From contig CDLV01000014.1 of the NCBI GenBank assembly GCA_001244265.2, positions 496,001 through 560,000 on the forward strand: a stretch of DNA of 64,000 nt, given 5' to 3'. The notes below the pieces were generated by a model. That model saw nothing but the letters and a program-made list of their open reading frames with translations, made no database searches and was not told the origin of the DNA. Below are positions 35,870 to 49,449 of the stretch, in pieces. The stretch is from Microbotryum violaceum (lineage: Eukaryota). The position numbers were made by a program, and so were the translations under genes. Positions within the stretch are counted from its first letter, which is position 1, and every line of letters starts with the position of its first letter.

Positions 35870-38423
35870 TCATCCATTCCCTCTCCACCCTCTTCCTCTC
35901 CGTAACCAAGCGATCTCCTCCTCCCGCGGCACATCCTCCTCCCCTACCCAATCCTTCACCCACTCCCTCCACTTGACCATCTCCTCATCCGCCAACGCCA
36001 TCTCCGCCACCCACATCATCGCCAACCCTAGCGTATGTCGATTAGGTCTCACCTTGAGCGCTTTCATCCACGCGAGCACGAGCGGGATCTTCTCGTACCG
36101 TCTGGTCGAACCGAGCAGGATGACGAAAGTACGGAACGTCTTTGCGCTGGGGTATAAGAACGGGTATCGAGGTGGATCGACCATACTCAAGGTCGCTTCG
36201 AAAGCTCGTAGATCAACACCTCCTTCCCCGTTCGTCTCTGCAGTTCCGGAAGCAGCAGCAGAGCGAGCGAAAATTTTCTCCATTATTCGGGAAGTTTTGC
36301 TCTTGAAAGGATCGATCACTTCGTTCTTGGCCAACTCGGGCCAATTTTGCTCCAAGACGGACCAGAACAAGTCCTCGGCGAAAGCCACAGGATCTCGATT
36401 ATCCCACAGGACAGGGTATTTCAAGCTCGTTCCCGAATGCGCGCTTCCGGGAGGATCATGCCACGAAGCATAGCGAGCCGATTGGATCAAGATCGTCAAA
36501 CTCGCTGAATTCGGTACGACGCCGTAGGTCGACGACATGGCTTTGAACAAAGCATAGACCTCGCCAAAGGCCCCCGTGCGGGAACAGTAGAGCATCAAGT
36601 CGTTCAGAGGGTCGACGGTGAGCTTGATGCCTTTGCACCGCGGTGGCGAGTCGGAAGCAGCTGGGATCTCGTCTTCTATCCGCGCCGTGGTATCCTCCCT
36701 TGGAGCGTCGATCGTCCAAGCGTCGCAAATTGCGCGAGCGCGATCAGGTCGCCCCAAAGCACAATGCGCACGCATGACCACAGTAAGCATGTGCAGGTTT
36801 GGACTCAATGACACCGGCCTCTCCCGCGTTACTCGTTCCCACAACCAAACGACGCGATCCGGGTCGTCGCGCGACAAAAAGCCCAACATGACCCCGTGGT
36901 AGATCCTTCGCCATGTGAGGTCGTGTAGTTGGACGGAGGACGATTCGAGTTGATGTAAGAGGTCTTGTAGTTCGTTGGCCTGAATTTTGGTCGATCGATG
37001 AAAGAAGTTGAAGAGGCGGGCCCAGGTGAGGTCGGCGGTGGAGACGGATTTCGGAGCAGCGTCCGGAGCAGCAACGGTTCGCTGACGATCGAGAGCACGA
37101 TGGAAGAGCTCGATGACTTCGCCTACATCGGCATTATGGGCTAAGACGATTCCACTGAGATCCCTCCCTTCCTCTAATCGAGCAAAAGCCGTTGATGTCG
37201 CATCAAAGATTGATTCCGAATCTTCGACCGAACCCTCCGCGCCGTCCTCTTCCTCCGAGATGCCTTCGAGGGACCGAGCGAACACCGTGGCGCCTTCCTC
37301 GTTCCCTGCCAAAAGTAACGACAACATCGCTCTTCTCAGCACGCCCCTTCTGAGTTTTTGACCGAGTCGATTGGTTTGGACGACCAAGTTAGCGATCTCG
37401 TGTACGTCGTCCGGGATCAGCCCCGGTTCGAGTAACGGCAAAGTCGTGTCCAGCGTCGGTTCGATCCCTTTGGCCTTCATCAGTTCCAACAAACGATCCC
37501 TCGCTCGATGGAGCAGCTCCTTTGGTGCAGCCGTCGACCTCGAAATGGGTTTTCTCGTATCATTACCCCCCGCCGCCAGAACGGTGAGTATTCTAGCGAA
37601 TGCCGTCGCGGACCCCAGTTGATTCGGACTCGAGCAAACCCAATCGATCGTTTCCCTGACCGCGACGAGATGTCGTATCCTCAGAAAGGACTCCAAACAC
37701 CTCGCGATGAATAGGGCCCTATTTTCTCGATTGAGTTGTGCAAAGCGTCGGGAACGAACGAGCATACTCGCGAGGTAAGGCACGTCTTGGTTCGTCTTGA
37801 GCATCCCAGGAATCGAAAGGATCAACCAATCCGGTGATTGAACCTGCGGTCGATCCGGTCCAGCCGATTCGAGTAGACCAAGGCTTTCCATAGCGTAGTA
37901 AACGTCCTTTCGAGCGAGCACGTCGACGTAGATGGCCATATCGGCGGCGAGGATCTTGCGGTGCGCGAGGATCTCGGACAAAATATCGGGAGGGATGTCC
38001 GCTCCTGCGGCGAGTTGGCGGGCAATCCAGCGGTCACGCGTTTGCCAGAGGTAGCGGTGCGACGTCAACGCAACTTTGTGAGGTTCGATCGGTTTCTTAC
38101 GCGGTGATGTGCCCTCGCTCGGCCCGGCCTTGGTTCGCACGGACTCTGTCAAGGACGAGACGAAGTGACGTAGAGGGAGCTGTCAGTCCCGATCGAGTGT
38201 GGTACACCGATCTCCAAATTCACAACGCACCCTTCTTTCGAGTCGTATCTTTCGCATCCGAAGACGCCGCATCAACTCTGTTCTCGACAACGAGGTCCAT
38301 CGCGGAGGTATTCAAGTCATGACGAACGGCGATGGTCGCGAACGACGGAGCGAGCGAAGGTCGTCCCGCTCGCAACGACGCCCACACCGATAGCGAGGGT
38401 AGTGTCGAAAGTAGAGTCGACAT
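35870..38423 (-). CDS. Pentatricopeptide-repeat-like protein, probably mitochondrial
   Basis: Helical repeats such as IYHGVMLGFL...VVWLWERV, SPNLHMLTVVMRAHC, LNDLMLYCSRTGAFGEVYALFKAMSSTYGVVPNSASLTILI, LAWMKALKVRPNRHT; upstream exon MSTLLSTLPSLSVWASLRAGR resembles a presequence. Confidence 0.7.
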
Positions 38424-38952
38424 GACCCAAGGTACGTGTTGGAGTGGTCTACCGCAAACCGAGGTGGGGCATGTCGGGAGGGGCCGGGGCTCGCGAGCGC
38501 ACGGATATGTAGTGGGAAGTGGGGGCCCGGAGAAGGAGTTCACTGGCCAGCCCATCATGCGAAGGAGATCGATCGGTCCGGTCATTCGGTCCAGTTTGCC
38601 GTACGACATGTTGCTCGTCGCCGAGGGGCAACTTCATTTAATTTACATGTTGATAACGGAGGAAGGCATGAAGAAGGTAGACATCAACGCAGAATGAGAA
38701 AGGCACAAGAATACGTGATATTACAGAAGCCAAAATGAGCCCGCGCGCCGAGCGATTTTCCAAAAGAGGAGGGAGGGGGCAGTAAAGAAAGGAAGAAAAT
38801 GAAAATGACAATAGAGAAAAGGTAGAACAATTAGACAAACAACTCAAGGGCACATGCGCTTATGGGGAAGGAGACAAAGCGACATGGACGACAGCTAAAA
38901 GGAAGAAACACAACAACGAGCTTCTGGGGTAGAGAAGAGCTCAGAAGTCGTC

Positions 38953-40734
38953 TCACTTGTGTCGTTGGTAAGAAGCGACGACCTGAGGAGGAACGGAGGT
39001 GCAAAAGATTAGCATTGGAATTAAGACCCGCCAGTAGGACGAGTTGGAGTATAGCTCACCATTGCGTGGTCACGTTCGTACGGTTCTGTAAGCAAAATAG
39101 AGCAGCAACGGAGAAAGACGATCAGCATGTGTCGACAGGTCTCGTCCGGGTGGGCGGTCAGAACGCACCGAGGGTCAATTGTTCGTGGGGCTTCAACATC
39201 TCTTGCTGCATCTTTTTGACCTCGGACGCGAAGACGACCTCTGCAGGGGCGGTCGAGTCAATGCAAGTTGCCTTGATGGAGATGACGACGTGGCCCTCGT
39301 TCTTGAGGAAGTGGTGCGCGTTGAGGGCGACGATACGGGCCTGATCCGGTTGGGCGACATCGGCGAAGCTGTGGCGAATGGATACGAGGATCTATTCAGT
39401 GGAAATTCGCGAGGCTTTGTCGACGCTGATTGATGACTCACATGACATCGACCATGGACATGAGCATGCGGTACTTGTTGGGGTGACGGGCATCCTCAAT
39501 GATGGGGATGACGTTGGTTCGCTTCTTGGCCATGTTGATCAAATCACGGCCCGATCGGTGCGAAAACTCGACGGCGTAAACGGTCCCCTCCGGTCCAACA
39601 ACATCAGCGACATGCGAGACGGATGTCCCCGAAGCGGCACCGAGGTAAAGAACCTTTTTGCCGGGGGCGATGTGGATGTCGTCGAGACCACCGAGGATAC
39701 CGGCGGCCAACTTGGATCGGAAAGGGTTCCAGACGCGGTACTCGACCTTCTCTGCCGGTAGATCGGGGTTGGTCGAAGCCGACTCGATCGCGATTCGCTT
39801 CTCTCCGTAGACGGACTCGCCGGGGACGAGGTTGCGGGTCACGAGCAAATGTTCCTTGCCCTGAGAGTGGAGGGTGGGGAGGGCGGTCAGCGCGTGAAGA
39901 ACGAGAAAGAGCCTTCGAGTTTGGTGTAGGTTCTGATCACACCTTTGCGACAAAGACACCGGGGTGACGATGGGGTTCGAGGATGACCTTGGGTGCTCCA
40001 CCCTTCTTTGCGCCGAGACCACCTCGTCCTCCGCCTCGACCTCCGCGGGGTGCTCCTGTGGTTTGAAAGGGAGCAGGGTGAGCAATGCGCTGAATCTGCA
40101 CTCGAGTTCGGACCAACCTCGTCCAGCACCTCGTCCTCCACCGCGATCACCACCACGGCCTCGGGGTGCGCCTCGCCCTCCTCCTGCGCCGCCACGAGCC
40201 GAGAAGCCACCTGTTGATGCAAAAGTAGGTAAACCGTCAGTGCGAATCTAATTAGTTGGCGACTTCCCGCCTAGGAGAGGGTTGGCAGATGGGTCTCGCT
40301 CTCTCGAGGCCCAGACCAAGAAAGCGATGAGGAGAGAGACGCGGGACTGTATGCATGCGAGCCCAAGCGACGCCGCGCGGGGGAGAAAGCGATCCAGCAT
40401 GCCGGTTCGATTCACATACCTCGTCCACCACCTCGTCCACCACCTCGTCCACCTCGATCACCGCCGAAACCACCTCGCCCTCCACCACGCCCGCCTCGGT
40501 CACCGCCAAAGCCACCACGTCCTCCGCCTCGACCGCCTCGTCCAGAATCGCCTGATCGGTGCGGGTGGGTGTGGGTGTGGGTGCGCGCGCGGAGAGCAGG
40601 GGCGGGTCAAGCGCAGATTGTTGCGAAGGGAGCCGCCAGCGCCCGCGACAACGACAACGACGACGAAAGAGACGAGCTCGTCAGCGACGTGTCCCTCTGC
40701 ACAATCGCCGCAGCAATCACGTACCGTATGCCAT
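38953..40734 (-). CDS. NOP1: Fibrillarin (rRNA 2'-O-methyltransferase)
   Basis: RGG-rich GAR domain; [58 protein letters not shown]; first exon ATGGCATACG; ends VVASYQRHK*. Confidence 0.97.
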
Positions 40735-41286
40735 GATGGAAAGGAAAGAAAAAAGGTGGAAGAGTTGTTTGTATGCGGTCGATCTACTCGAACCTTTTGG
40801 GGGGAGGAGGGGGTGAGGGGGGTTGCGCCTGGAAGCAGGGCGCTGTCCAGTGCACACCAGCAGCCGAGAGCAGCCTTACTTGAAGCTGCCTCCGGTGGCT
40901 TGCGCGCACGGACCATCTCCACTCAACCTTAGCTTTGCAGAATGGAGCCGACCGACTCAATGCATCCAAGCCACCAATATTTTCTGATCTTTTTCCAAGG
41001 TGGTACACTCGTGTAGCCTCTTTGCCGTTGATGACTACATTGCAGCGACCCCTCTTCGGTAATGTGATATAGCTAGCCATACTAGTCGACCATTGACCGA
41101 ATCTCAATTCGGCGTTACCCGTCTGCGCGGGCCAGCGCGCGCCTGTTGACTTTCGGTCTCACCTCTCACCCTCACGCACATTCGCCCCACTTTGTGTGTG
41201 CGCCTCAGCGTGATCCCTGGCCACGCGAGCCCCGTTCGGCTCGTGCCCATCGCGCATCCCTCGTCATCCTGGCGCCATCGCTACAG

Positions 41287-43269
41287 ATGCGACGCGTTTC
41301 GACCGATACTCATCACTATGAGCTAGTACCGGAGCCCGCGACGCTCGAACCGGACGCTGCGCCCGCGCCAGCCGTTGATGCTGCGCACCTCGCCACTCCG
41401 TTCGGCATCGGCCCGTCTGCCCCTTCCGAACTGTCGCCCGTGTCGGAGGATGTCCACTATGACAACAAGAAGCATTCAAGACTCGAAGGACAAGCCTACG
41501 AAGACGAGCACGGCGAGGAAGACGATGCCGATGACTTGGAAGCCGCTTGGGCCCATGGCCGAAGCCGAAAGACGTGGCGGACCCACGACTGGACGAATCA
41601 TGTCGCAGCCGCAGTGCAACACTCGCCCCTAAGAGTGCTGCTCCTAACATTCGCGGCCGGGATGATCTTCGCCTGGGCTACGTACACAACACTACAGTCG
41701 CTCCGTCACCCATCATTACCAAGAACGACCCCCCTTCCAAAGGACACCAAAACGGAAACAACCAAACCATCCTCCGACGAGCTCACCTCGCCTCGCACAA
41801 ACCTCGACCTCGAGTTTCAGGATTATACCCCGAAGGACTCGCCCTTCCTGTTCCATGTATATGGAGAAAGTGGCGACAGAGAAAGCATCATGCCTCCGTC
41901 ATGTCCCTTCCCCGTCATCTACACCGACCAAGCCCAGATCGCCGAGGCGATCCTCTTCAACACCGACCGAGGGCAACGCCCGTCCATGGACGAACGCCAC
42001 CAGTGGAAAAAGACGAGGCCGTGGCAAAAGCATTACGTCACTGGTGCCGAGGCTGCGCCTCAAAGATCGGCCCTGCAAGACTATTTCGAGCAGGTCTACC
42101 GAGGTTTACCGTCCGAGGAGCGCTATGCCGATGGAGATATGACCTGTCAGTTGCGGCGGGCAGTCTTTCTGTGGAATCACCTCCACTCATTGATCACTTG
42201 AGACACATTGACAGATCGGCTAAACGGAACGGTTCCACAAACGTATTCGTACGACTACATGAACTATTCGCTCCCGATCGTGCCGTACGAGAAGAAGAAC
42301 CAGGAGAAGCCGCTCCTCTCCTTCATCTCGAACTGTTACCCTCGCAACCATCGGACCTTGGTGAGATTGTTGTGGCATTTTTGGATATTCTTCACGGTTG
42401 CTGATCGGATGGACTTTGACCTTTGATAGATTCTTGACGAGCTGTTGGCCCTGATGCCTGGACAGGTACGTCCTTCCCGGACCAGCTTTCGACCATCCGA
42501 TTGTGAGACTGATCGAAACCACTTGTTCTGCAGATCGACTCATTCGGAAGATGCCGAGGCAATGGAGATGCAAAGACAATGTTGAGGGACATTGGGAGGC
42601 TCGATGCAATCGATCAACCCGAGACTTGGTGGACCGTCAAGGTCAGTCAGTCATCATGAGACATGCTCGCAAATTTTCGTACTCATCAAATCGAAATCGG
42701 CCCTTCCCCAGACCGCGGTCACGCAATTCTACAAGTTCACCCTTGCAATGGAAAACAGTAACGACCTCGACTACGTCAGCGAAAAGTACTTTCAATGCCT
42801 CGAACGAGGTTCTGTGCCGATCGTCTACGGCGCGCCGCATTTCGCCGAACGCTTTTCCATCGCCCCGAATAGCTTCATTAACGTCGCCGACTACGTCACG
42901 CCGGATCTGATGGAGCTGTCCACGACGGCTTCGGCACCTGCTAAAGCGCTCAGTCAGGAGAACAAGGATGGGCTCAAGCGAATGGTCGAGAGGATTCAGT
43001 ATTTGTCTTCACCTGAGGGGAGGACGGAGTACGACGCCATGTTGGCTTGGAAGAAGGACGAGAGTTGGAAGGAGAATTCGCCGATGGGCAAGATTTGGAA
43101 AATGAGTCATCGCAAGCTTCATATTCATTGTATGGTTGCTGGTTCAGCGAGGGGTTACGACTGGGCTAAATCGGGTTGGACACCGGGGCCAACGCCAGAG
43201 AGGTTGCAGACCCTCGAGGCTAAGAAGAAGTTGACCAGGTGGAAAGCGGTGATTGCTAAAGATGAATGA
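41287..43269 (+). CDS. Type II membrane alpha-1,3-fucosyltransferase (GT10)
   Basis: Single N-terminal TM; MTYRLN, SFISNC, IDSFGRC, YKFTLAMENSNDLDYVSEKYFQCLERGSVPIVYG (GT10 motif); exon joins stay in frame. Confidence 0.9.
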
Positions 43270-43429
43270 GTGTCGTCTTGCCGTTCTGTTCTAGACATCG
43301 TTGTGTATATACTGCAAAGCATTTCCCAAGTTGTTTATTTTTCATTCTACCGGTCGGTATATTCATTACAACGCATTCGCTTGAAAGCAAACATTTTCCC
43401 TAGACCTACAGAAGGATCTTCTCGAACAA

Positions 43430-46400
43430 TTACCACGCGTGAGCGGCGGCTTGATCGAGTTTTTTCAGGACTTCAGACACCGTTCGGTCCGTGTCGCCGG
43501 CGATGCTGCCTTGTTTTTGCATCGAGAGGAGGCGATACTGGTTGCACAAGTCCCCGTCGACGACGGCTTTGACGGGCGCGTAAGCGGAGCGATAAGCCAG
43601 GTGATCCCTTCCGACCAACGAAGGGGCTTCGGTCCTGAGGTGCATTTCGAGCGTCGAGAAGAAATCGGCATCCTCGTTCGAAACGAAGGGGACGAGCACA
43701 CCGACCGTACCCGAGACGCCGGTGTACAAGAGCACATCACGACCACCTGCTACGAGCGAACACTTGTTGATCGAGGTGACGAGGTCGCCAACGTGGTATT
43801 GCGCGATCAAGGACGTGCGATGGGGCGCACCCATTAGGTAACCCTTCTCGTGCATGATGCTGGCGCCTGTCGGGTCTTCGTCAACTTCTTCCGAGACGGC
43901 GGCGGCGACACGGTTGACGAATACGTTGCCGAACTTGTCACCGGCGACGACGGTTTGGTAATCGACCATGGTCGCCGCTGTAGTCCATCGAGGGGAGGTG
44001 TCGTCGGCAAAGACGACTAGACGGTTTTCGGGGGCTTTGTAAGCGACGTAATGGATGGATTCCTGGACGTCACCGACCAGGATGCGAGATCCTTGGGTGT
44101 TAAGAGTCATGATCATTGATGCGAAGGACTGTGAGAAGTGCCAAACAACAAATCAACCAGGTAATTCTCATGCTTAAGAGTGCTCCCAGTTGACTCACCT
44201 TGTTCTCAGCTTTCCGCAACAACTTTTTCTTTCCAAGGTCGTATATCCTCAACGCCTTCCCGATACCCGCCGCCAATCGCCCTTGGAAAGGCATGAGCGT
44301 GTTGGGCACATCGTCAATCTCGGTGCGGTGCACTAACTCGAGCCCTCGACCTTCGTCGATAAGCTTGTACGTCGTCAAATAGGCCTGCTTGCACGTTCGC
44401 GGAGCCAACGTCGTGTCCTGCGCCGAGCCAACGATGAGGTGCTGTTCGTTGGGCGTGGTGTGGAACGTGCACAACGCAACCGAGAACGCGGCTTCGTTGT
44501 TCTCCAACTCGAGGGAGAAGGCTGTCGTCGCTTTGACGGGATCGATGATGCGGATGCACGACGCCCAATTACCTGCCGGCGCTCGGGGCAAACCAAACAC
44601 CTCGCGTGGCAATTGCATGACCCCTTCATCGACCTCGATACCGGCCGACTTGAGATCACCTAGCATCTTTTGTTGAGCGGAAGGAGAGAGCGTGCGATGT
44701 TCGGCTTCGACGGTGTAGAGAAGGTTGCGAGTGGGGGAGGTGATGAGCTTGCGAGGGGTGTAGGACAAGGGAATCGAGGTTTGTTGGACTTTTGTGCCAA
44801 GTTTGGGGAAGGTGAAGATGCGCAAGCTGTTTCCGGTGATACCGATCAATCCTTCGGGGCACAACTCGGCCGAGAAGGACCATGCATGGTCGAGTGCGTC
44901 AAAGATGAGCGGCGTGAACTGAAGCATGTTCTGGTACGAGTAATTGAGCCACGATCGACTCGACAATGCAAGGATGGCGGGGGATCCGCGCACGGGCACC
45001 CGCGTCAACTGGACCGGTCTCGAACCCAAGAACCGCGTTCGTGTGTCGGTTAGTTGCCCACTCAGCGAGTCGAGGACGGTTCGGAGCAAAACACCGTTCT
45101 GTAGTCCAATGTTGACAAAGAGCGTCGCGTGGTGCTTGTCGGTCGACGTATCCAGGATCTCGGCCACGACGATCGACGAAGGGGGTGCAGTCAGAGCTTG
45201 CAGTGACAAGGTTTCGAGAGTATTTTCCGGGTCGAGTGAGATGATTCGAACTGTCGAGTCGGCACATCCGACGGCCTGAAAGGGAACAGGAAACTCGTCG
45301 CTGTGTCAGCTGCTATTCACTGATTTTTCGTCTTTAGGGCAACTCAAACTCACTAGGTAGGGTGTCCTCTGCCTTCCCTCCGGGACCTCGGCGATGCTCA
45401 GCGTCAAAATCTCGGCATGCATCTCCTTTCGCTCCTGAAACTCGTTCAACTGTCCCTCGAGATCAAGTTCAAAGTACACGATCTCACCCGTCGATAGCGC
45501 CACAACAACCTGTCGTTTGTTCGTCGTCGCACACACGATCGTTTGGTTCGGCCCGACCTTCCACTCGTTGACGCGTTTATCGGCTAAGATGTGGCGAATA
45601 CCACGGGGGTAGATCTGCAGCAGAGCGTCCTCGCCGAGTTGCTGGACGCCCAATGTCGGTGCAGAGGAAATGAAACCCGTGTCGGAGACCTCTTCGATCG
45701 TATCGCCGATCGACAGAACGAGCGTACCATTGACAAACGACAAGACGATGTAGGCGTCGTACTCGTCCTCGTGTCGGAGTTTGGTCGTCCATACGTTGAT
45801 CGGTGCACCCGGAAGTTCCGAGCTGACGGCTTCGACGACTTCCAAGCCCTGCCGCAAGATGCGTACAGAGGACCGAGCACCTCGACCACATGCCGTATAG
45901 ATTTGCGGCGTATCCTCACCGAGAAAGTTGGCGACCTTGCAGTCGAGAATCGGTCCCAGCGATTCGAGCTCGTCGGCGAGCACGAGGTTTTCGAGAGGGC
46001 GAGGGCGGAATAATGCAGTTGGGAGCGGATCAGAACCGGCACCAAAGTTCGGGTAGTCCGTCGACGAGTATTCGGTCTCGTCATCGTCGTCGCCGAGCTT
46101 CTCAAACTGGTACAGGTATTGATCGCCAAATTCGGAGGCGACGAAGAGGAAACCGCTCTTCAGGATGCAAAGCGAAGCGGCGACGGCGACTGTGTCAAAG
46201 TATTTGATTTTGAGGGCCAAGACCTCCTCCTCGTCGTGCTCGATTGTGACTTTGTACAAGTCGCCCTCTTCGCTCTGCAGGAGGAAGAAGAAGGCCCCCC
46301 TCATCTTGTGCATGACCGCCGAAGTGATGATAAGTCCTCGTTCCGGGTCCATCAGGGGGTGGGCACGTTTCGGGATCGGTACTCGGTGCTCCTTTGCTCC

Positions 46401-47473
46401 TTGGTGCTTGTAGATGATGTAGTCCTCGGCGCAGACGAGCACCCCCGACGGTCCATCGAACTTGTCTGCCGTCGTTTGGCCACCGGGTACTTGCACGAGC
46501 ATGTTGGCGCGCGGATCGGTCGCCTCGCTCCACTTTCGCACGACGTGGTTCAAGCCGAGATCGAGTTCGTAGTAAGTGAGCATCTGGGTACAAGATATGG
46601 GTGGGGTACCTGTCAGTGGTCGGTCTCCAGAGTGCACCCTGCATCATCGGGACGTACCTTCTCTGCCGCGTTGAACGCTTCCCCACTCGGGTCCTGATCA
46701 CTCTCGCCATAGTCAACTTCGAGGGCGGCGAACAGCGGGTTCTCGAACCCGACGTCGACACCAACGATGGAATGAATGATGGCTTTGGCTTTGTGGGCTT
46801 CGAGAGGCGACGAGATGGTCAAGTTGGCGGCGGCATCCTGAAGGGGGGGCGCAAGAACGAGAGCCACAGATTGCGTCAGACACGGAGCAAAGGGCGTCAC
46901 CGAAACTGCACGGAACTGACTCGGTTGAGGATGTAGACGAGTTTGCTCTTCTCCATCGCAGCGGCCATGACGGCTCGACCTTTGGGATCGGTGGCGAGGT
47001 ACTGGCCGGGCACGACTCGTCGGGACCCGGAGCGACCGAATGTCTCTTGGTGCAGCTTGTTGAACTGGTTCGCTGCCGGGTCGTACTCGAGAACGACGAT
47101 CCGACCCGAATCCGACCCGACGATGAGGTAGTCTGTGAGAATTGCCATCAGCAAGCGGGCGCGCATGTCAGCACCAGTTCCGTCTGCGAGGCTTCTTGGG
47201 TCGCTCAGCTCAGCGGGAGGACGCTCAGCTCTCCCCGGACCTGCCTTTGCTACCACCGGTCAGCTTGAATGCGGCCAAGCTCCTGACGGTGCCAAAGACC
47301 TCTGCATCGACGACAAAGTCGAGCTTGCCCGTCTGCGGGTCCGCGCGAAGCAACTCGATGCGGGTGGCGCCTCGTGCGACACAGATCTCTTGCGCTTTGG
47401 TGCCGCTGAACTGGCCGACGCAGGCGCAGGTCACGTTCGAGGCTGGGAGGAGAGAGTAGTTGAGCAAATGCAT
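43430..47473 (-). CDS. RSE1: U2 snRNP splicing factor SF3B3/Rse1
   Basis: [86 protein letters not shown]. Confidence 0.97.
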
Positions 47474-48059
47474 GATGGGGAAGAGCAGGAGCGGTCGAGT
47501 TGGGGTCGAGTAAGCAGGAGACCGGGCGCTGTCGTTTCAGCCAATGCGCTCAAGGTCGTGGTCAGTTGGCACGAGTGCTAGAGCTATCTGCAGAGCGATA
47601 AAGATGTTGTGAGTGCGTGTACGTGTAGCCGCAGCGTTTGACCAACGCGACGGCCGAGATGACGTGCGAGTCGAGTCGGGTCGAATCGTGTGGAGCGTCG
47701 AGCACGACAAGATGGCAACCCTTGCCACTCGAAAAGTCGAAAGACTGACCACCGGACGAGTATGGATCTACCTGACCTGCGTTGGAATGGGTGTCCCGAC
47801 TTGGCTATCGGTGCGGGCGCGCACGAACTGGGGTGGGGAGGGAGAGCGAGAGCGCCAGACTAGGCCGTCGACGCAGGGGTGCAGTCGTGGGATCAAATGG
47901 GATGAAATCTACAAGCGATCCAAGGGACGGGTTTGCTTTGTATCATCGTACACAAGAGGATAGGCACCCCCTTTTAAGTCTGAATATACAGTGCAAGGCG
48001 GGGTACCAAAAGCAGAAAATGTAAGGCTGCAAGAAAGAGACACTGCGTCCCTCTTTCGA

Positions 48060-49151
48060 TCAGAATCCTCCTCGTCCACGGAACCCTCCACGACCTCGCC
48101 CACGAGCATAAGGGGAGAAGCCGCCGTTCTGAGGGGACATCAAGCGTATCAGCTGGCTGGGTGTTGAAGCACAATGTAGAGTGACCGTATGCTCGCAACT
48201 GACCGCTTGGTACCCTCCTCGGTAGCCGCCTCGTCCACGACCTCGTCCTCGCCCTCGGCCTCCAGGTCCCATCCCGGGCACGTTCGTACGTTTGGGCGTG
48301 ACCTGAATGCGAACTCGAATTAGGTTAGTCTCGATCGGTTTTGGAGGCGCAAGAGACTGCTGTGAGGCGTACCTTGAGCAAGCGACCGCGGAACATGCTT
48401 TCGTTCAACAGCACCGCGTTGGCGACCAGTGACGGCTCCGCAAATTCGACGTAGGCGTAGCTGTACGAGAGATCAGGCTTCAGTATCGCACGGGAATGAT
48501 GCGCTAGCTTCACACGCGACGCACCCTTTTGGCCCGGTGTACTTGTCGCAGAGGATCGTGACCCGGTTGATGGTGCCGCACGAGGCAAAGTGCGCTTGAA
48601 TCTCCTCGGGTGTGGAACCGTAGTCAACCTGGTAGAGTGATGTAGTGATGTCGGGTCAGCTGCCTGTCTCGTACCACCTCAACTCTGTCCTCTGTGATCA
48701 CGGTAACGCCTCGAGGCAAACCCGAGCGAGCGAACACCTCCGGACGGAGGGACGACGTTCAACCCACATTGCCCACGTAGATACTCCTGCTGTCGACCGC
48801 CTCTTTCTCGTCGTCGGACATGGCAATATCGCCTCCAGCATTCGACGACGATCCACCGTTCGATGACGCGGCAGCAGCAGCCGCCGTCGCCGCCGCGGTC
48901 ATAGCCCTCAGTTTCGCAGCCTCGGCTTCCATCTCGGCCACTGCACGAGGAGGGGTGGTCAGTGCATGGTGCATGGTGCAGAAAAGAATATCTATCCGGC
49001 CATGAAACGCACCTCGCTTCTTCATGGCCTCGATCTCGGCTTCGTCAATCTCGTCGGCTCCGTCGTCATTCAGGTCGACCTCGTCCTCGTCCTCCTCCCT
49101 GCGCGACGTCTGCGGTGCTGCTGGCGTAGGTTCGGGCTGCGAGGTGGACAT
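48060..49151 (-). CDS. Nuclear poly(A)-binding protein (PABPN1/Pab2-like RRM protein)
   Basis: [20 protein letters not shown] coiled coil; [40 protein letters not shown]-rich tail with FSPY. Confidence 0.92.
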
Positions 49152-49449
49152 GGTGATAGCAGAGAGGTAGCGCAAAGGAACGGAAAGGAGGGCGCGTGAG
49201 AACTGCTCTGAGGGCTATGGGAAGCGTGGGTAGGTAGCGAGAGGTAGCGCGAGGATGACCTAGGACGACGAGCTCGTCGGCCCCTTATCACCACCGCCGC
49301 CTGTTCGGCTCGAATTGCCGGCTAGGACTTATTAGCAGCGGTCAGCTAGTAGTAATTAATTGCGGCGGTTCTTGCCCGCGCTCCTCTTGGCGCGATCGAC
49401 GACGACCCGGGTGTCCGTGGCCTCTGACCCGCACCACCGACGTGGAATC

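Noticed and set aside
16217-38423. Cluster of mitochondrial gene-expression genes (release factor, RSM27, MRP17, PPR)
   Set aside because: Interspersed with unrelated genes, and such genes are numerous enough for chance co-occurrence.
38953-40734. Intronic box C/D snoRNA in NOP1
   Set aside because: No convincing RTGATGA...CTGA pair with a terminal stem seen by eye in the intron examined; a covariance-model search would be needed.
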